In this document: positions 9,198 to 17,877 of the stretch, piece by piece | Layout: each line of letters begins with the position of its first letter | How positions within the stretch are numbered: position 1 is the stretch's first letter | Virus record (IMG/VR): IMGVR_UViG_3300035135_000378 | Location: 5,907 to 69,906 of that record | DNA: 64,000 nucleotides | Direction: 5' to 3' (one strand) | From: a virus | Taxonomy: Duplodnaviria > Caudoviricetes | Program-made: the position numbers and the translations under genes | Notes under the pieces: generated by a model | What the model saw: only the letters and a program-made list of their open reading frames with translations | What the model was told of the DNA's origin: nothing | Databases searched by the model: none

Positions 9198-9529
9198 TTA
9201 TTGGTGCTTAGTTTCTTTACGCTTCTACCGGAACCTGTTGATGTGTATAGACCGAACCATGCGGCACCTGCACCCACGACGACTGAGATAAGTCCAGCCT
9301 GTGCGGTGTTAGGGTCGGGTAAGGTCATAAACCATATGGCTGTTTTATAAAGAAGTACCATATAGGTAGTGATGAATGCACGTGGGAATATTCTCCACGC
9401 GTCTACTGCATCTGCTAATTCCAACAACACTTGGAATCGATTTTGTTCTACCGCCTTCTCTGTGGTGTCGAACTCGACCTCAAGTTCTATCTTTTTCTTT
9501 ATTGGTGCTACCACTGTTTCTTCAGTCAT
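9194..9529 (-). CDS. membrane protein (holin-like, 2 TM)
   Basis: DAWRIFPR..., GAAWFGLY. Confidence 0.6.
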   Translation of the reverse strand: MTEETVVAPIKKKIELEVEFDTTEKAVEQNRFQVLLELADAVDAWRIFPRAFITTYMVLLYKTAIWFMTLPDPNTAQAGLISVVVGAGAAWFGLYTSTGSGRSVKKLSTNK

Positions 9530-9805
9530 TTAACTAAACCTCTTCTGTATCCATTTATATATTGCATATATGGACAGTCCATAAAATGCGAGCACACTCA
9601 TTGGTAAACCGATGTAAATTAACTCCCACGGTGTGAGGAATAACAATTCCCAAGATAGGTCTACGATCGCCTGTACGTCACTCGTACTTTCTAATGCGAC
9701 CATCTCAGGTTCATCCCAAGACAGGTCGTATTCTTCTACCATCAAGCCCCACGTCTCTTCGTCTATGCAGACCAGTTCTTCGGGACAGATAAAATCGTCT
9801 TCCAT
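9530..9805 (-). CDS. acidic membrane protein
   Basis: C-terminal TM; packed in operon. Confidence 0.65.
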   Translation of the reverse strand: MEDDFICPEELVCIDEETWGLMVEEYDLSWDEPEMVALESTSDVQAIVDLSWELLFLTPWELIYIGLPMSVLAFYGLSIYAIYKWIQKRFS

Positions 9806-9966
9806 TACTTCACCTTGAAGTCTTTGGGATCACCGTTGATAAGTTCTTTCGCCTTGGTCTCCCATATCCAAGGACAGAGTCCGTGGACAAAAGACACGAA
9901 AGAGATTGTCCAAGCCCTTCTTAGATGTTCGAAGTAACTTAGTTCAATCTCTTTCAGATGTTTCAT
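9805..9966 (-). CDS. small membrane protein (53 aa, not in track)
   Basis: MKHLKEIELSYFEHLRRAW...FVHG; TAATG coupling at both ends. Confidence 0.65.
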   Translation of the reverse strand: MKHLKEIELSYFEHLRRAWTISFVSFVHGLCPWIWETKAKELINGDPKDFKVK

Positions 9967-11489
9967 TAGAAGACCTTAACGTCGTATTTTTGTTCCCACA
10001 GCTCACGGTCATGTTCGTCATTGACCATCGGTCTGCCGCGGATGTTTAAACTAGTATTTAGTAACATCGGCACCCCAGTACGCTCATAGTATTCCTCGAT
10101 AACTTTGCGGAATACTGACTCGCAGTCTTTCTTGACGATCTGCACACGCGCAGACCCATCGACGTGCGTCACTGGTGCGTAGTCGTGTTTGGCCCACGAG
10201 GTGAACTGCATGTACTCGTTCATTGGTCCGTCAAAGTATTCGTCTGCGAACTCTTCGAGAATCGCAGGTGCGAACGGACGGTACTTCTGTCTGCGCTTGA
10301 TCGTGTTGACCGTATCCTGAATGTCGTACCTTACATCAGCGATAAGAGATCGGTTGCCAAGTGCGCGAGGGCCGAACTCAGCCCTTCCATTAGCAATACC
10401 GCAATAGCGATGTTCGAGCAGGTGATCAACCACAGCGCTGGGATTAATAGGAGTATCGATATTGTATCCCGCATATGGACTCCAAATAAGTTTATCCTTA
10501 CCTGTTGCCTTTGCCCATGAACGTGCCGCAGTACCTAGACCTGAACCAGCGTCCGTTGGTGATACTGCAATGTGCACTTCGTCGAACAACTCAAACAGAC
10601 GTGAGTTGATTACGACGTTCTGTGCGCACCCCCCAGAGTAACACAACTTCCTACCATATTTAGCAGCTTCGCGCATTATCTGCATGATTGCATAGTCTGC
10701 GAAATCTTGTGTCGCACGAGCGGCGACTGCATCATCTACTGCGGTGATCTTTCGGCGCAACTCTTCGCGGAATAGTACACGGTCTTTCTCACGTTGTGAT
10801 GTCTCGATGTCACCTACTGCGATACCTTCTGCGAGTTCTGGTGCGATGTCCTCTAGGTCCTCCCACCATGCGATCAACCAATCGGTGATGGCCTTAGACT
10901 CTGGTGATGTCTCGTGGTATGCGGATAGACCCATGACCACGTACTCATCCTCAAGTGGACGCAAACCCAAGAACTTAGTGACAGTGGTGTACACTAGACC
11001 GACAGACTTCGGATAGTGCCACTCCTTGATTAGGTTGAAGTTGTGATCCATGATGGTCGCAGTCTGCAACTCACCGACACCGTCGATCGATACTAGGACA
11101 GTATCCTCACTGGAATCCCACGGTCGTGTGTAGAACGCAGCCGCACAGTGAGACTCATGGTGCATATGGTTCACGTCATAGGACAACGAGTTAGGAATGA
11201 TCATTCGACTGAACGTCTCTTCAGCCGTGTCCGGTCTTTTGTCTAAGTGTTGAGTAGTACCCTTGACGCCCATACCCCCACGCATGTCGAACTTGACCGT
11301 GTGGTCTTCATAGAATGAAACGTGAGTGTCTTGACCTTCGACCATGTCCCACAGTTCGTCGGGGATGAGAGGATCATTCTTTTTCTTGGAGTAACGCTCT
11401 CCGTGGGTTGCAAACTCGACAACGCCTTCTTCGTTGATGACCGCAAACCCTGAGTCATGATAATGTTCACTAAAACCTACGTACTTCAT
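9966..11489 (-). CDS. carbamoyltransferase (NodU/CmcH/TobZ family)
   Basis: HDSG, HHESHCAAAF, SIDGVGE, SGGCAQNVVIN, DAGSGLG, EFGPRALGNRS, RPFAP, THVDGSARVQ, LLNTSLN. Confidence 0.95.
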   Translation of the reverse strand: MKYVGFSEHYHDSGFAVINEEGVVEFATHGERYSKKKNDPLIPDELWDMVEGQDTHVSFYEDHTVKFDMRGGMGVKGTTQHLDKRPDTAEETFSRMIIPNSLSYDVNHMHHESHCAAAFYTRPWDSSEDTVLVSIDGVGELQTATIMDHNFNLIKEWHYPKSVGLVYTTVTKFLGLRPLEDEYVVMGLSAYHETSPESKAITDWLIAWWEDLEDIAPELAEGIAVGDIETSQREKDRVLFREELRRKITAVDDAVAARATQDFADYAIMQIMREAAKYGRKLCYSGGCAQNVVINSRLFELFDEVHIAVSPTDAGSGLGTAARSWAKATGKDKLIWSPYAGYNIDTPINPSAVVDHLLEHRYCGIANGRAEFGPRALGNRSLIADVRYDIQDTVNTIKRRQKYRPFAPAILEEFADEYFDGPMNEYMQFTSWAKHDYAPVTHVDGSARVQIVKKDCESVFRKVIEEYYERTGVPMLLNTSLNIRGRPMVNDEHDRELWEQKYDVKVF

Positions 11490-11516
11490 TAGATACCCAT
11501 ACTGAAGTTAAATTTG

Positions 11517-11524
11517 TATTTATA
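11517..11524 (-). promoter_or_regulatory. T4-type late promoter
   Basis: TATAAATA upstream of carbamoyltransferase, directly after a terminator. Confidence 0.75.
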
Positions 11525-11528
11525 GAAT

Positions 11529-11554
11529 AAAAAAGGGGGGTCCGAAGACCCCCC
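11529..11554 (-). terminator. intrinsic terminator
   Basis: GGGGGGTC-TTCG-GACCCCCC-T6. Confidence 0.9.
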
Positions 11555-11577
11555 GACATGCTACCTTGAGCGGGAAC

Positions 11578-12153
11578 TTACTTACCTTCGATGTACTCGT
11601 ATATATCCTTCCAGTTACGCATGAGTGGGAACTCACTGTCTTGATTGTAACCGTGTTGCATTACGAGTGACTCTAGGCCGACCTTCGCACCGGCACGTGC
11701 GTTCTCTACCTTGTCTTCAACCCAGATACATCCAGTACCTCGATAGGCCTCCAACTCTTCGTCTTTGTCCGCTCCCGTGTCGAGATAAACGTACTTCTCG
11801 AAGACGGTTGGGCCAAAGAGTTCTTGGAGATTCTTGGTGCGTAGGTGTTGCGCGTATTCGTCGTTACTCAAAGAAGTGATTGCATGGAATATGTAACCGT
11901 GTTCTTCATGCAACTTACGTACATACTTGATTGCGTCTCGCAGAGGTGGGATCTTTCGGATCGTCGCACTCTCGTTGAACATACGACACAGTCGTCGCTT
12001 CTCGTTACGTTCCAGACCGTACATGACACCTACATCGTACACGTCGGGACTCTTTACCACATAACCGTGACGCTTCATCCACTGTTGGAATGCGTAACCC
12101 CAGTCCAGTAGAACACCGTCGCAGTCAACTAATATTACTTTCTCGTTCATCAA
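11578..12153 (-). CDS. HAD-family 5'(3')-nucleotidase-like phosphatase
   Basis: ILVDCDGVL (DxD), ITS, K, WVEDK motifs. Confidence 0.85.
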   Translation of the reverse strand: MMNEKVILVDCDGVLLDWGYAFQQWMKRHGYVVKSPDVYDVGVMYGLERNEKRRLCRMFNESATIRKIPPLRDAIKYVRKLHEEHGYIFHAITSLSNDEYAQHLRTKNLQELFGPTVFEKYVYLDTGADKDEELEAYRGTGCIWVEDKVENARAGAKVGLESLVMQHGYNQDSEFPLMRNWKDIYEYIEGK

Positions 12154-12320
12154 TAAACTCCATCTCGAACGTCTTGCAAGATGTTATAGACCTGAGTCAT
12201 AGTGAAATCATATCGGTACAACGCAGCCTGCAGGTTTGCCCAGTCGGGATTCTCAGGTAGATAGATGTACTCGCGGACCAACTCTTGAATTAGTATTCTG
12301 TCTTGTTCTTGCTCGTTCAT
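12150..12320 (-). CDS. hypothetical early protein
   Basis: ATG 12320 after GAGG; below promoter. Confidence 0.65.
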   Translation of the reverse strand: MNEQEQDRILIQELVREYIYLPENPDWANLQAALYRYDFTMTQVYNILQDVRDGVY

Positions 12321-12348
12321 AAAAACCTCATCTCTCATTACGGGTGTA

Positions 12349-12378
12349 AGTATACCCCAATTCGAAGGTTTCTGTCAA
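12349..12378 (-). promoter_or_regulatory. sigma70-type promoter
   Basis: TTGACA-18-TATACT. Confidence 0.75.
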
Positions 12379-12387
12379 CACTTATTT

Positions 12388-12630
12388 TCAAAAAATGTCT
12401 GGTAAATTTACCGCTAATTTTTGGAGATGGTCTTCGTCGTTACTTTGTTGTGTTGCGCGTAGGTTACCGTCTACGTCATACACATAGAGAACGTACTGCC
12501 ATCGGTCTGACTTGGATTTACGAATCTCACACGTCCATCCGGTATCGTGATTTTTAGATTCAAAATATAGCTTCGTTCGCTTCCACTTACGTGGATCGAA
12601 GTTCTTTGGTACCGTTGAGGTTGTATTCAT
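12388..12630 (-). CDS. hypothetical protein
   Basis: ATG 12630 just after stop of upstream gene. Confidence 0.55.
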   Translation of the reverse strand: MNTTSTVPKNFDPRKWKRTKLYFESKNHDTGWTCEIRKSKSDRWQYVLYVYDVDGNLRATQQSNDEDHLQKLAVNLPDIF

Positions 12631-12632
12631 GC

Positions 12633-13454
12633 TTACCGCTGTGTTTTGTACATCTTGTTGTTCCAGTGTCGAACCATGTCTAGTTTCCAATCACCACCTG
12701 TGTAGTGACAGAATCTGGCCTTTTCTAGGAACTCTTCTTCGGAACCATAGTGTGGACTATCGTTCCAAGTTTGGTCGATGGTCTCGACCTCGAAATCATG
12801 TTTCATTAACTGCGCCGAGATGTACGGCTGATCGTTCATAATGGACATATGGAAGTCGCCAGTGTAACACCAGTCTTCCCATCGATCGAACGTCTCACGT
12901 GCAAGCAGACGGGCTTCCTTGGTCCAGAGAACGACTCCTGTGTTCATGATCATGATTTTAGATGGACGGTTGGGCGGCATCACTGGAACGACCGGACAAT
13001 CGTGCATCGAGAACTTGTGACAGAAGTCATTGTACACAGACTCCTTGTAATCCCACGAGTTGTACCCACCACCAGAGTGAGTGACAAAGTCTGACTCAAG
13101 TACACCGTACACGTCCGCACCCGTACTCATGAGATCAAAGATGTTGTCTTCGGTGTTGACTACAATGTCGGTGTCTACGAACAGAACATTATCGTAGTCG
13201 TCGAACACTGGATCTAACCAGACACGTGCACACTCGTGCAGTAGTGAGGTATTACAGCCATGTCCCTTAGTGACTACACGTTGATCTGAGTAAAAGTGTT
13301 TCGCTCCGATCTTGTCTGCGTAGTCTTGGAATGATGTGCGCGAGATCCTCGCGACTTCGTTGTATAGATCGGATCGTTTCCAATCTCCGATGGGGCCGCG
13401 TTTATCGACCTCCCCCGTAACAATCATATATTGAAAGATAGCGTTTTGGGACAT
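12633..13454 (-). CDS. GT-A glycosyltransferase (GT8/GT34-like)
   Basis: LFVDTDIVV (DxD), NTGVVLW, NDQPYI, HYTG. Confidence 0.8.
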   Translation of the reverse strand: MSQNAIFQYMIVTGEVDKRGPIGDWKRSDLYNEVARISRTSFQDYADKIGAKHFYSDQRVVTKGHGCNTSLLHECARVWLDPVFDDYDNVLFVDTDIVVNTEDNIFDLMSTGADVYGVLESDFVTHSGGGYNSWDYKESVYNDFCHKFSMHDCPVVPVMPPNRPSKIMIMNTGVVLWTKEARLLARETFDRWEDWCYTGDFHMSIMNDQPYISAQLMKHDFEVETIDQTWNDSPHYGSEEEFLEKARFCHYTGGDWKLDMVRHWNNKMYKTQR

Positions 13455-13893
13455 TTTCTAACCTTGTCATAAGTCGTTCGGCACGATCACCTACTTGACG
13501 ATACCATAATGAGTCACGACCTTCTGCGGCTGCAACTTCCCAGTCCTCTTTATGTAGGGCTGACTTCATCTTCTTAAACTTGGACAGACGTGGTCGCCCA
13601 AGATTAAACATCATATTAACCAATATCTGCTTGACTTCGTCGGGGAACTTATGCCACCCTCTTCCGTATAACACAGTACACTCTGAGAGTGCGGTGTTAA
13701 GGTCGGATTGGAAAGCCTCGGCGACTCTTTCTTCGGATACTGGCGTTCCTTCTGGGTAGCCGTGCTCGGGGTCACTCTCTGTGATGAGGTGACCAACGCC
13801 GAACGTGAGGTACCCTGCAGGACATCTATAAATCTCATACACGACTCCTTCGTCGATTTTAAGTTGTTCGAAAACTTCCTTCGTACCAATCAT
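13402..13893 (-). CDS. T4-type lysozyme (GH24)
   Basis: IDEG...IY.CPAGYLTFGVGH, LVNMMFNLG, F.KM..A.....W..AA.E..DSLW.RQV..RA.R. Confidence 0.9.
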   Translation of the reverse strand: MIGTKEVFEQLKIDEGVVYEIYRCPAGYLTFGVGHLITESDPEHGYPEGTPVSEERVAEAFQSDLNTALSECTVLYGRGWHKFPDEVKQILVNMMFNLGRPRLSKFKKMKSALHKEDWEVAAAEGRDSLWYRQVGDRAERLMTRLENVPKRYLSIYDCYGGGR

Positions 13894-14528
13894 AGATAGT
13901 TCTCGTATGGATTGTTTAGATTATACCCTAAATTATTGATCGCGTCAAGTATGTGGGCTGAATAGTATTGTGGGGACGCACCGTTAGTTATTTGTGTCAC
14001 CAAACGCACCTTCTCATCTGCGACATAGTCCGCAAGGTTAAGAGTTTCGAATGGCGACGTACCATTGAACACTTTCGGAACGTTGGTCTGAAAGTCTGGT
14101 GTACCTTCAACCGCGAAGAACACCATTCTATAATATGCGTTGCTAGGTACACCATCAATGACGTTTCTTAGGTCCGTCAAGTCCGTCAACAGATCTCCTT
14201 GCGGTGCACTCATCTGCGCGTACGGTGAGTTCTCATCGGTAAACAATAGGTTGATCACTTTGGTGATGTCACCAGATGAGCCTACAGTCTGCGCCCACTG
14301 GAACGGTCTCTCATCTGGAATCTCGATGAACGACACGCGCTGGTTATACTGCTCCATATCGTTATCGTAGAACGGAACCAGTAGGTTCGCCAACAGAGTA
14401 TCACGCGCCTGTTGCAATGGTGCAAGTGACGTGTTCATACTTCCGGACGTATCGAAGAAGATGTTGATCTCCGTTGCACTATCTACTTGTAGTACCGGAG
14501 AACCAGACATAAGGTATCGGTATCTCAT
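13890..14528 (-). CDS. vWA-like domain protein
   Basis: FFDTSGSM (DxSxS MIDAS); TAATG coupling fixes start at 14528. Confidence 0.6.
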   Translation of the reverse strand: MRYRYLMSGSPVLQVDSATEINIFFDTSGSMNTSLAPLQQARDTLLANLLVPFYDNDMEQYNQRVSFIEIPDERPFQWAQTVGSSGDITKVINLLFTDENSPYAQMSAPQGDLLTDLTDLRNVIDGVPSNAYYRMVFFAVEGTPDFQTNVPKVFNGTSPFETLNLADYVADEKVRLVTQITNGASPQYYSAHILDAINNLGYNLNNPYENYL

Positions 14529-15217
14529 TAGGACGCCTCGCCGACGTATGCCCCGTATAACTGAGTACCGACCTTCCAGAAGTTGACCAAGTGTACCACA
14601 CCAACTGTTGTGCACGTCGGAGCAGATCCACCAACCCACTTGACATCGTTAGGCCAAATGACAAGGTGTCCACCTGCATTAGAGATGTGCAGAGTCAATG
14701 ACTCACCCGCATCCCAACCAGTGGCTGCAGTGTAGATAGTATCCGCTGATAGAGAATGTGTCTGTAGACTACCAAGACTTGGTTGCAGTACAGCCACAGC
14801 AGATGATAGAGTGTGCGTACCTTCTTGGAAGTTAGGTGCAGATACAGTGCGAGAAAAGTTCCACTCCAAACCCGCAAGACGCGAGTTGATAGCTTCGTTT
14901 ACTGCGTTGGTTACTTCTAGTTCGGTTAGACCTGTTTGACGTGCGACGACGTACGCCTGATCTACAATCGAGTTGATCTGCGCAGTGACATCTGCAAGGT
15001 CTAACGAGTGATTCTGTACATAGGTCTCATCAACTGTACTTACTATCAGTGCAGTTACCGCTTCACTCGATAGACCACCACTTGATCCACCAGTTACATT
15101 AATAAGACCCGAACCATCACCGAAGAATGCCGTTGCGGTGATGCTGCCTGTAGTAGTTATATCACCCGATACGTTTAGTCCGTTCTGAACTTCGAACGCC
15201 TTGTTGTTGTCCGACAT
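14528..15217 (-). CDS. fibre-like structural protein
   Basis: F.VQNGL.V.G...TA.AF.GDGSGL module; C-terminal WP..VKW.GG.AP. Confidence 0.65.
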   Translation of the reverse strand: MSDNNKAFEVQNGLNVSGDITTTGSITATAFFGDGSGLINVTGGSSGGLSSEAVTALIVSTVDETYVQNHSLDLADVTAQINSIVDQAYVVARQTGLTELEVTNAVNEAINSRLAGLEWNFSRTVSAPNFQEGTHTLSSAVAVLQPSLGSLQTHSLSADTIYTAATGWDAGESLTLHISNAGGHLVIWPNDVKWVGGSAPTCTTVGVVHLVNFWKVGTQLYGAYVGEAS

Positions 15218-15226
15218 GTATGTTCC

Positions 15227-15469
15227 TTAATCGTTGATAGTGTTGTTTTTACCTGAACCCTTCTTAATGTTTTTCAGGTGTTGTTGCCAGTCACGACCAG
15301 CCATTGCATATGCGTCTTTGGTACCAGAGATGATACCCATTGCCGACGTAGGCCCGTAGTAACGTGTTAGTTCTGGATGACTTGCGATGTAGTCATCGTA
15401 TTCAGAAATGCGGAGAGTCACCGTAGTAATCTCTCCGCTTTCCGTGTTTTTAAAATCATACTGTGGCAT
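15227..15469 (-). CDS. conserved T4-like hypothetical protein (FmdB-like N-terminus without Cys)
   Basis: MPQYDFKNTESGE..., K.GSGKNNTI. Confidence 0.7.
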   Translation of the reverse strand: MPQYDFKNTESGEITTVTLRISEYDDYIASHPELTRYYGPTSAMGIISGTKDAYAMAGRDWQQHLKNIKKGSGKNNTIND

Positions 15470-15477
15470 TATTTATA
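15470..15477 (-). promoter_or_regulatory. T4-type late promoter
   Basis: TATAAATA. Confidence 0.55.
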
Positions 15478-15545
15478 CATTCCAAAAGTTTTTCACTCAA
15501 TACGACAAAGATCTCATGTATGTCTTTGAAGAGATAGATCACCTC

Positions 15546-15701
15546 CTATCGATATCGATTGGCCGAATTCGTTATGAACGCCTCCTGTTGTTGCATGGTC
15601 GTTCGTGCCCTTTCCGATAGTGAGTTGCGACGACGCGTTTCTGCAACGAATCTCCTCAACTCTAAAATGGTTTGTTCTATTTTTCTCTCTATACTCGACA
15701 T
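15546..15701 (-). CDS. small hypothetical protein (51 aa, not in track)
   Basis: AAGGAG RBS; MSSIERKIEQTILELRR... Confidence 0.6.
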   Translation of the reverse strand: MSSIERKIEQTILELRRFVAETRRRNSLSERARTTMQQQEAFITNSANRYR

Positions 15702-15771
15702 AGGATGCTCCTTAATGGTTTAATTATTGGTGTCGAAAAAGATTACTCAATCAAGTTTGGAATTGCCTCCT

Positions 15772-16356
15772 TTAAAAATCAATGTGTGGATAATCATACT
15801 TACTGCACAGTGTGTTAATAAGTATCTGGTGTTCTTGTGATACTTGGTAGTAGCCCAACGCATCATCAAGAGATAAGTGGTCTCTGGTGTTCACCGGAAT
15901 ATTCCATTTCTTGTATTCGATATCGTACCCACTAGACAGTAGACCATCGAATAATACCTCTTGTTGATCTTCGACTCTATAGACAATATCGGGTTTCATC
16001 TCCGCCATGATATCGTCGTACGCGATCATACTCGCAATGGATTGCTCCACGCGATTTTCGAATGGTATGGTGAATAGTTTCTTTCGGAACCTGAGAGACT
16101 GAGTATTCATGTCTTCGGTATAGATGATCGAACCCAGAGCATCTTTAGGGTTTCGTACATTGTATACCAAGGTATCGTACTCTGGCCTAGCGTTGAGTGC
16201 GCCCACGAATGGATACGGACCTCTTGGTGTAATATATCGCCAATCGATTACACCGTGGAGACCCACCTTTTCGTGACCCACGTCGAGCCCCCACGTTCGG
16301 CACAGTTTGCTGGTGAAGCCTGTGCCGGTGCGTGGATGTCCTAGACCTAAAATCAT
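15772..16356 (-). CDS. sulfotransferase-like P-loop protein
   Basis: GLGHPRTGT, VRNPKD, YRVED. Confidence 0.65.
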   Translation of the reverse strand: MILGLGHPRTGTGFTSKLCRTWGLDVGHEKVGLHGVIDWRYITPRGPYPFVGALNARPEYDTLVYNVRNPKDALGSIIYTEDMNTQSLRFRKKLFTIPFENRVEQSIASMIAYDDIMAEMKPDIVYRVEDQQEVLFDGLLSSGYDIEYKKWNIPVNTRDHLSLDDALGYYQVSQEHQILINTLCSKYDYPHIDF

Positions 16357-16793
16357 TATTCCCTAATCAAATCCGGAATTGCTTCTTGGACGATCTTTTT
16401 AGTAACGTACCTACAGGGAGGCCTCTTCGCTACCATCTTCAGAACGTACTCTGCGTCTTCTGGATGTATTGACTCCAATAGTTGGATGAACAACTGCTCG
16501 CGACGATACGGTGGGAGTCTTTCCCCATCCGTACCCTGCACGAATAGATAGAATTTTCTAAACTCTTTAAGTAGAGACGACGGGACCGACTCTGGCTTGT
16601 TTGCGTTGAAGGGTGGACGCCCTTCAGGTAAATTGAATACAAGTGAGTCGTCGAACGTACCACGAAGTATATCGCGGAACGCCACCACGTCTTTATTTGC
16701 CTGCAAGACAGCTACGCGTTCGTCGCGTCCATCTGCCTTCTTGTATTCTTCAAAGATCTCAAAGACTTGTTTGTTTCGAGAGTAGTTCGCCAT
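16356..16793 (-). CDS. conserved T4-like hypothetical protein
   Basis: LPEGRPPF, RREQLFIQLLESIHPEDA; start moved to MANYSRNK. Confidence 0.75.
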   Translation of the reverse strand: MANYSRNKQVFEIFEEYKKADGRDERVAVLQANKDVVAFRDILRGTFDDSLVFNLPEGRPPFNANKPESVPSSLLKEFRKFYLFVQGTDGERLPPYRREQLFIQLLESIHPEDAEYVLKMVAKRPPCRYVTKKIVQEAIPDLIRE

Positions 16794-17079
16794 TATATTG
16801 TACCTTACTTTGTGCATAACATTTATATTCAGTCCGACCGATCCTGAATGTCTCACCTTTCATACAACTGTTGGCGAAATACTCAAGGTAACGCTGTTGT
16901 TGGTTACCTATCTGTGAAGCCTCACCCAATAGGGCTTGATATCTTTGAACTCTCACTTCACTTTTATCGATCATCTTTATATATTCATCACTTATCAGCG
17001 ACAATGCACCTGCCCAGAACAATGAACAGACGAGAGCGCTGAGTGTTGCAATTCTTATTCTACTGAACATACAAAGCAC
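16759..17079 (-). CDS. membrane-anchored hypothetical protein
   Basis: N-terminal TM; late promoter upstream. Confidence 0.6.
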   Translation of the reverse strand: MLCMFSRIRIATLSALVCSLFWAGALSLISDEYIKMIDKSEVRVQRYQALLGEASQIGNQQQRYLEYFANSCMKGETFRIGRTEYKCYAQSKVQYNGELLSKQTSL

Positions 17080-17092
17080 CTCTCTTTGGTAA

Positions 17093-17100
17093 TATTTATA
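17093..17100 (-). promoter_or_regulatory. T4-type late promoter
   Basis: TATAAATA. Confidence 0.65.
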
Positions 17101-17132
17101 CCGGAGAGGGGCTCTGCGACTATAACATTTGG

Positions 17133-17345
17133 TTATACTGGTAGTTCAGTCACACTCTTTTTGATGAACTGTCTACCCTTCGTCGAGAATAGACGCGACT
17201 TGAACGGGATGAACTTACCACCTTCTTCAGTCTGGTAGCCGTGAAGAAACGTATTGCGATCGGATGTGTAGTAGATGTAGTTACGTGCCGCACCGTTCCA
17301 TTCAGTCGTCTCAGTCAGTTTGTTGTACGTCATCAACGTCTCCAT
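17133..17345 (-). CDS. hypothetical protein
   Basis: ORF in packed operon. Confidence 0.6.
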   Translation of the reverse strand: METLMTYNKLTETTEWNGAARNYIYYTSDRNTFLHGYQTEEGGKFIPFKSRLFSTKGRQFIKKSVTELPV

Positions 17346-17532
17346 TATTTAAGTGTTTAAAATACTGCGCAATAAACCAGTTGGTTTCTTGTTTCACAGT
17401 GAACGTGTGTCCGGACCATGATATCGATGCCGCAATCTCTCGAGCTTGGTCGATATCCTTTGCGCAGATAACATAGGTCTCGATGAACGCATTATAGTCG
17501 TTATCCCACTGCTCTGTCAAGAAATATTTCAT
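17311..17532 (-). CDS. hypothetical protein
   Basis: TAATG-coupled ORF. Confidence 0.6.
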   Translation of the reverse strand: MKYFLTEQWDNDYNAFIETYVICAKDIDQAREIAASISWSGHTFTVKQETNWFIAQYFKHLNNGDVDDVQQTD

Positions 17533-17714
17533 TAGTAACCCCCACTGTTAAACCATCCTTTCCCCTTCAGTTGGAATCCGTTACCACCAGTAATTACTTT
17601 CTTGAGTTCTGTCTTTTTGCATTTAGGACATTCGCGTATAGGCTCGTCCGAAATTTTCTGAATGCGGTCAAAGTCATGACCGCATGATTTGCAACGATAA
17701 CTATAAGTCGGCAT
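17532..17714 (-). CDS. FmdB-family zinc ribbon protein
   Basis: MPTYSYRCKSCGHDF...CPKC...GFQLKGKGWF. Confidence 0.85.
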   Translation of the reverse strand: MPTYSYRCKSCGHDFDRIQKISDEPIRECPKCKKTELKKVITGGNGFQLKGKGWFNSGGY

Positions 17715-17877
17715 GGTACATATCTCCAACAATCTTAATCGCTCTATCTAGTCCGCTGATTTCTCCGCGAATCATGAGATAGTGGTTTTTGTTCTCTGCG
17801 AGGTTGACTTTGCAGAGACGTTCTTCGAGTTCCCGTCTCTGCGTTTCCAACCGTGCAAGCAGTAGGACTACATTCAT
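17701..17877 (-). CDS. small hypothetical protein (58 aa, not in track)
   Basis: ATGA-coupled to 17874; MNVVLLLARLETQRRELEE... Confidence 0.6.
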   Translation of the reverse strand: MNVVLLLARLETQRRELEERLCKVNLAENKNHYLMIRGEISGLDRAIKIVGDMYHADL

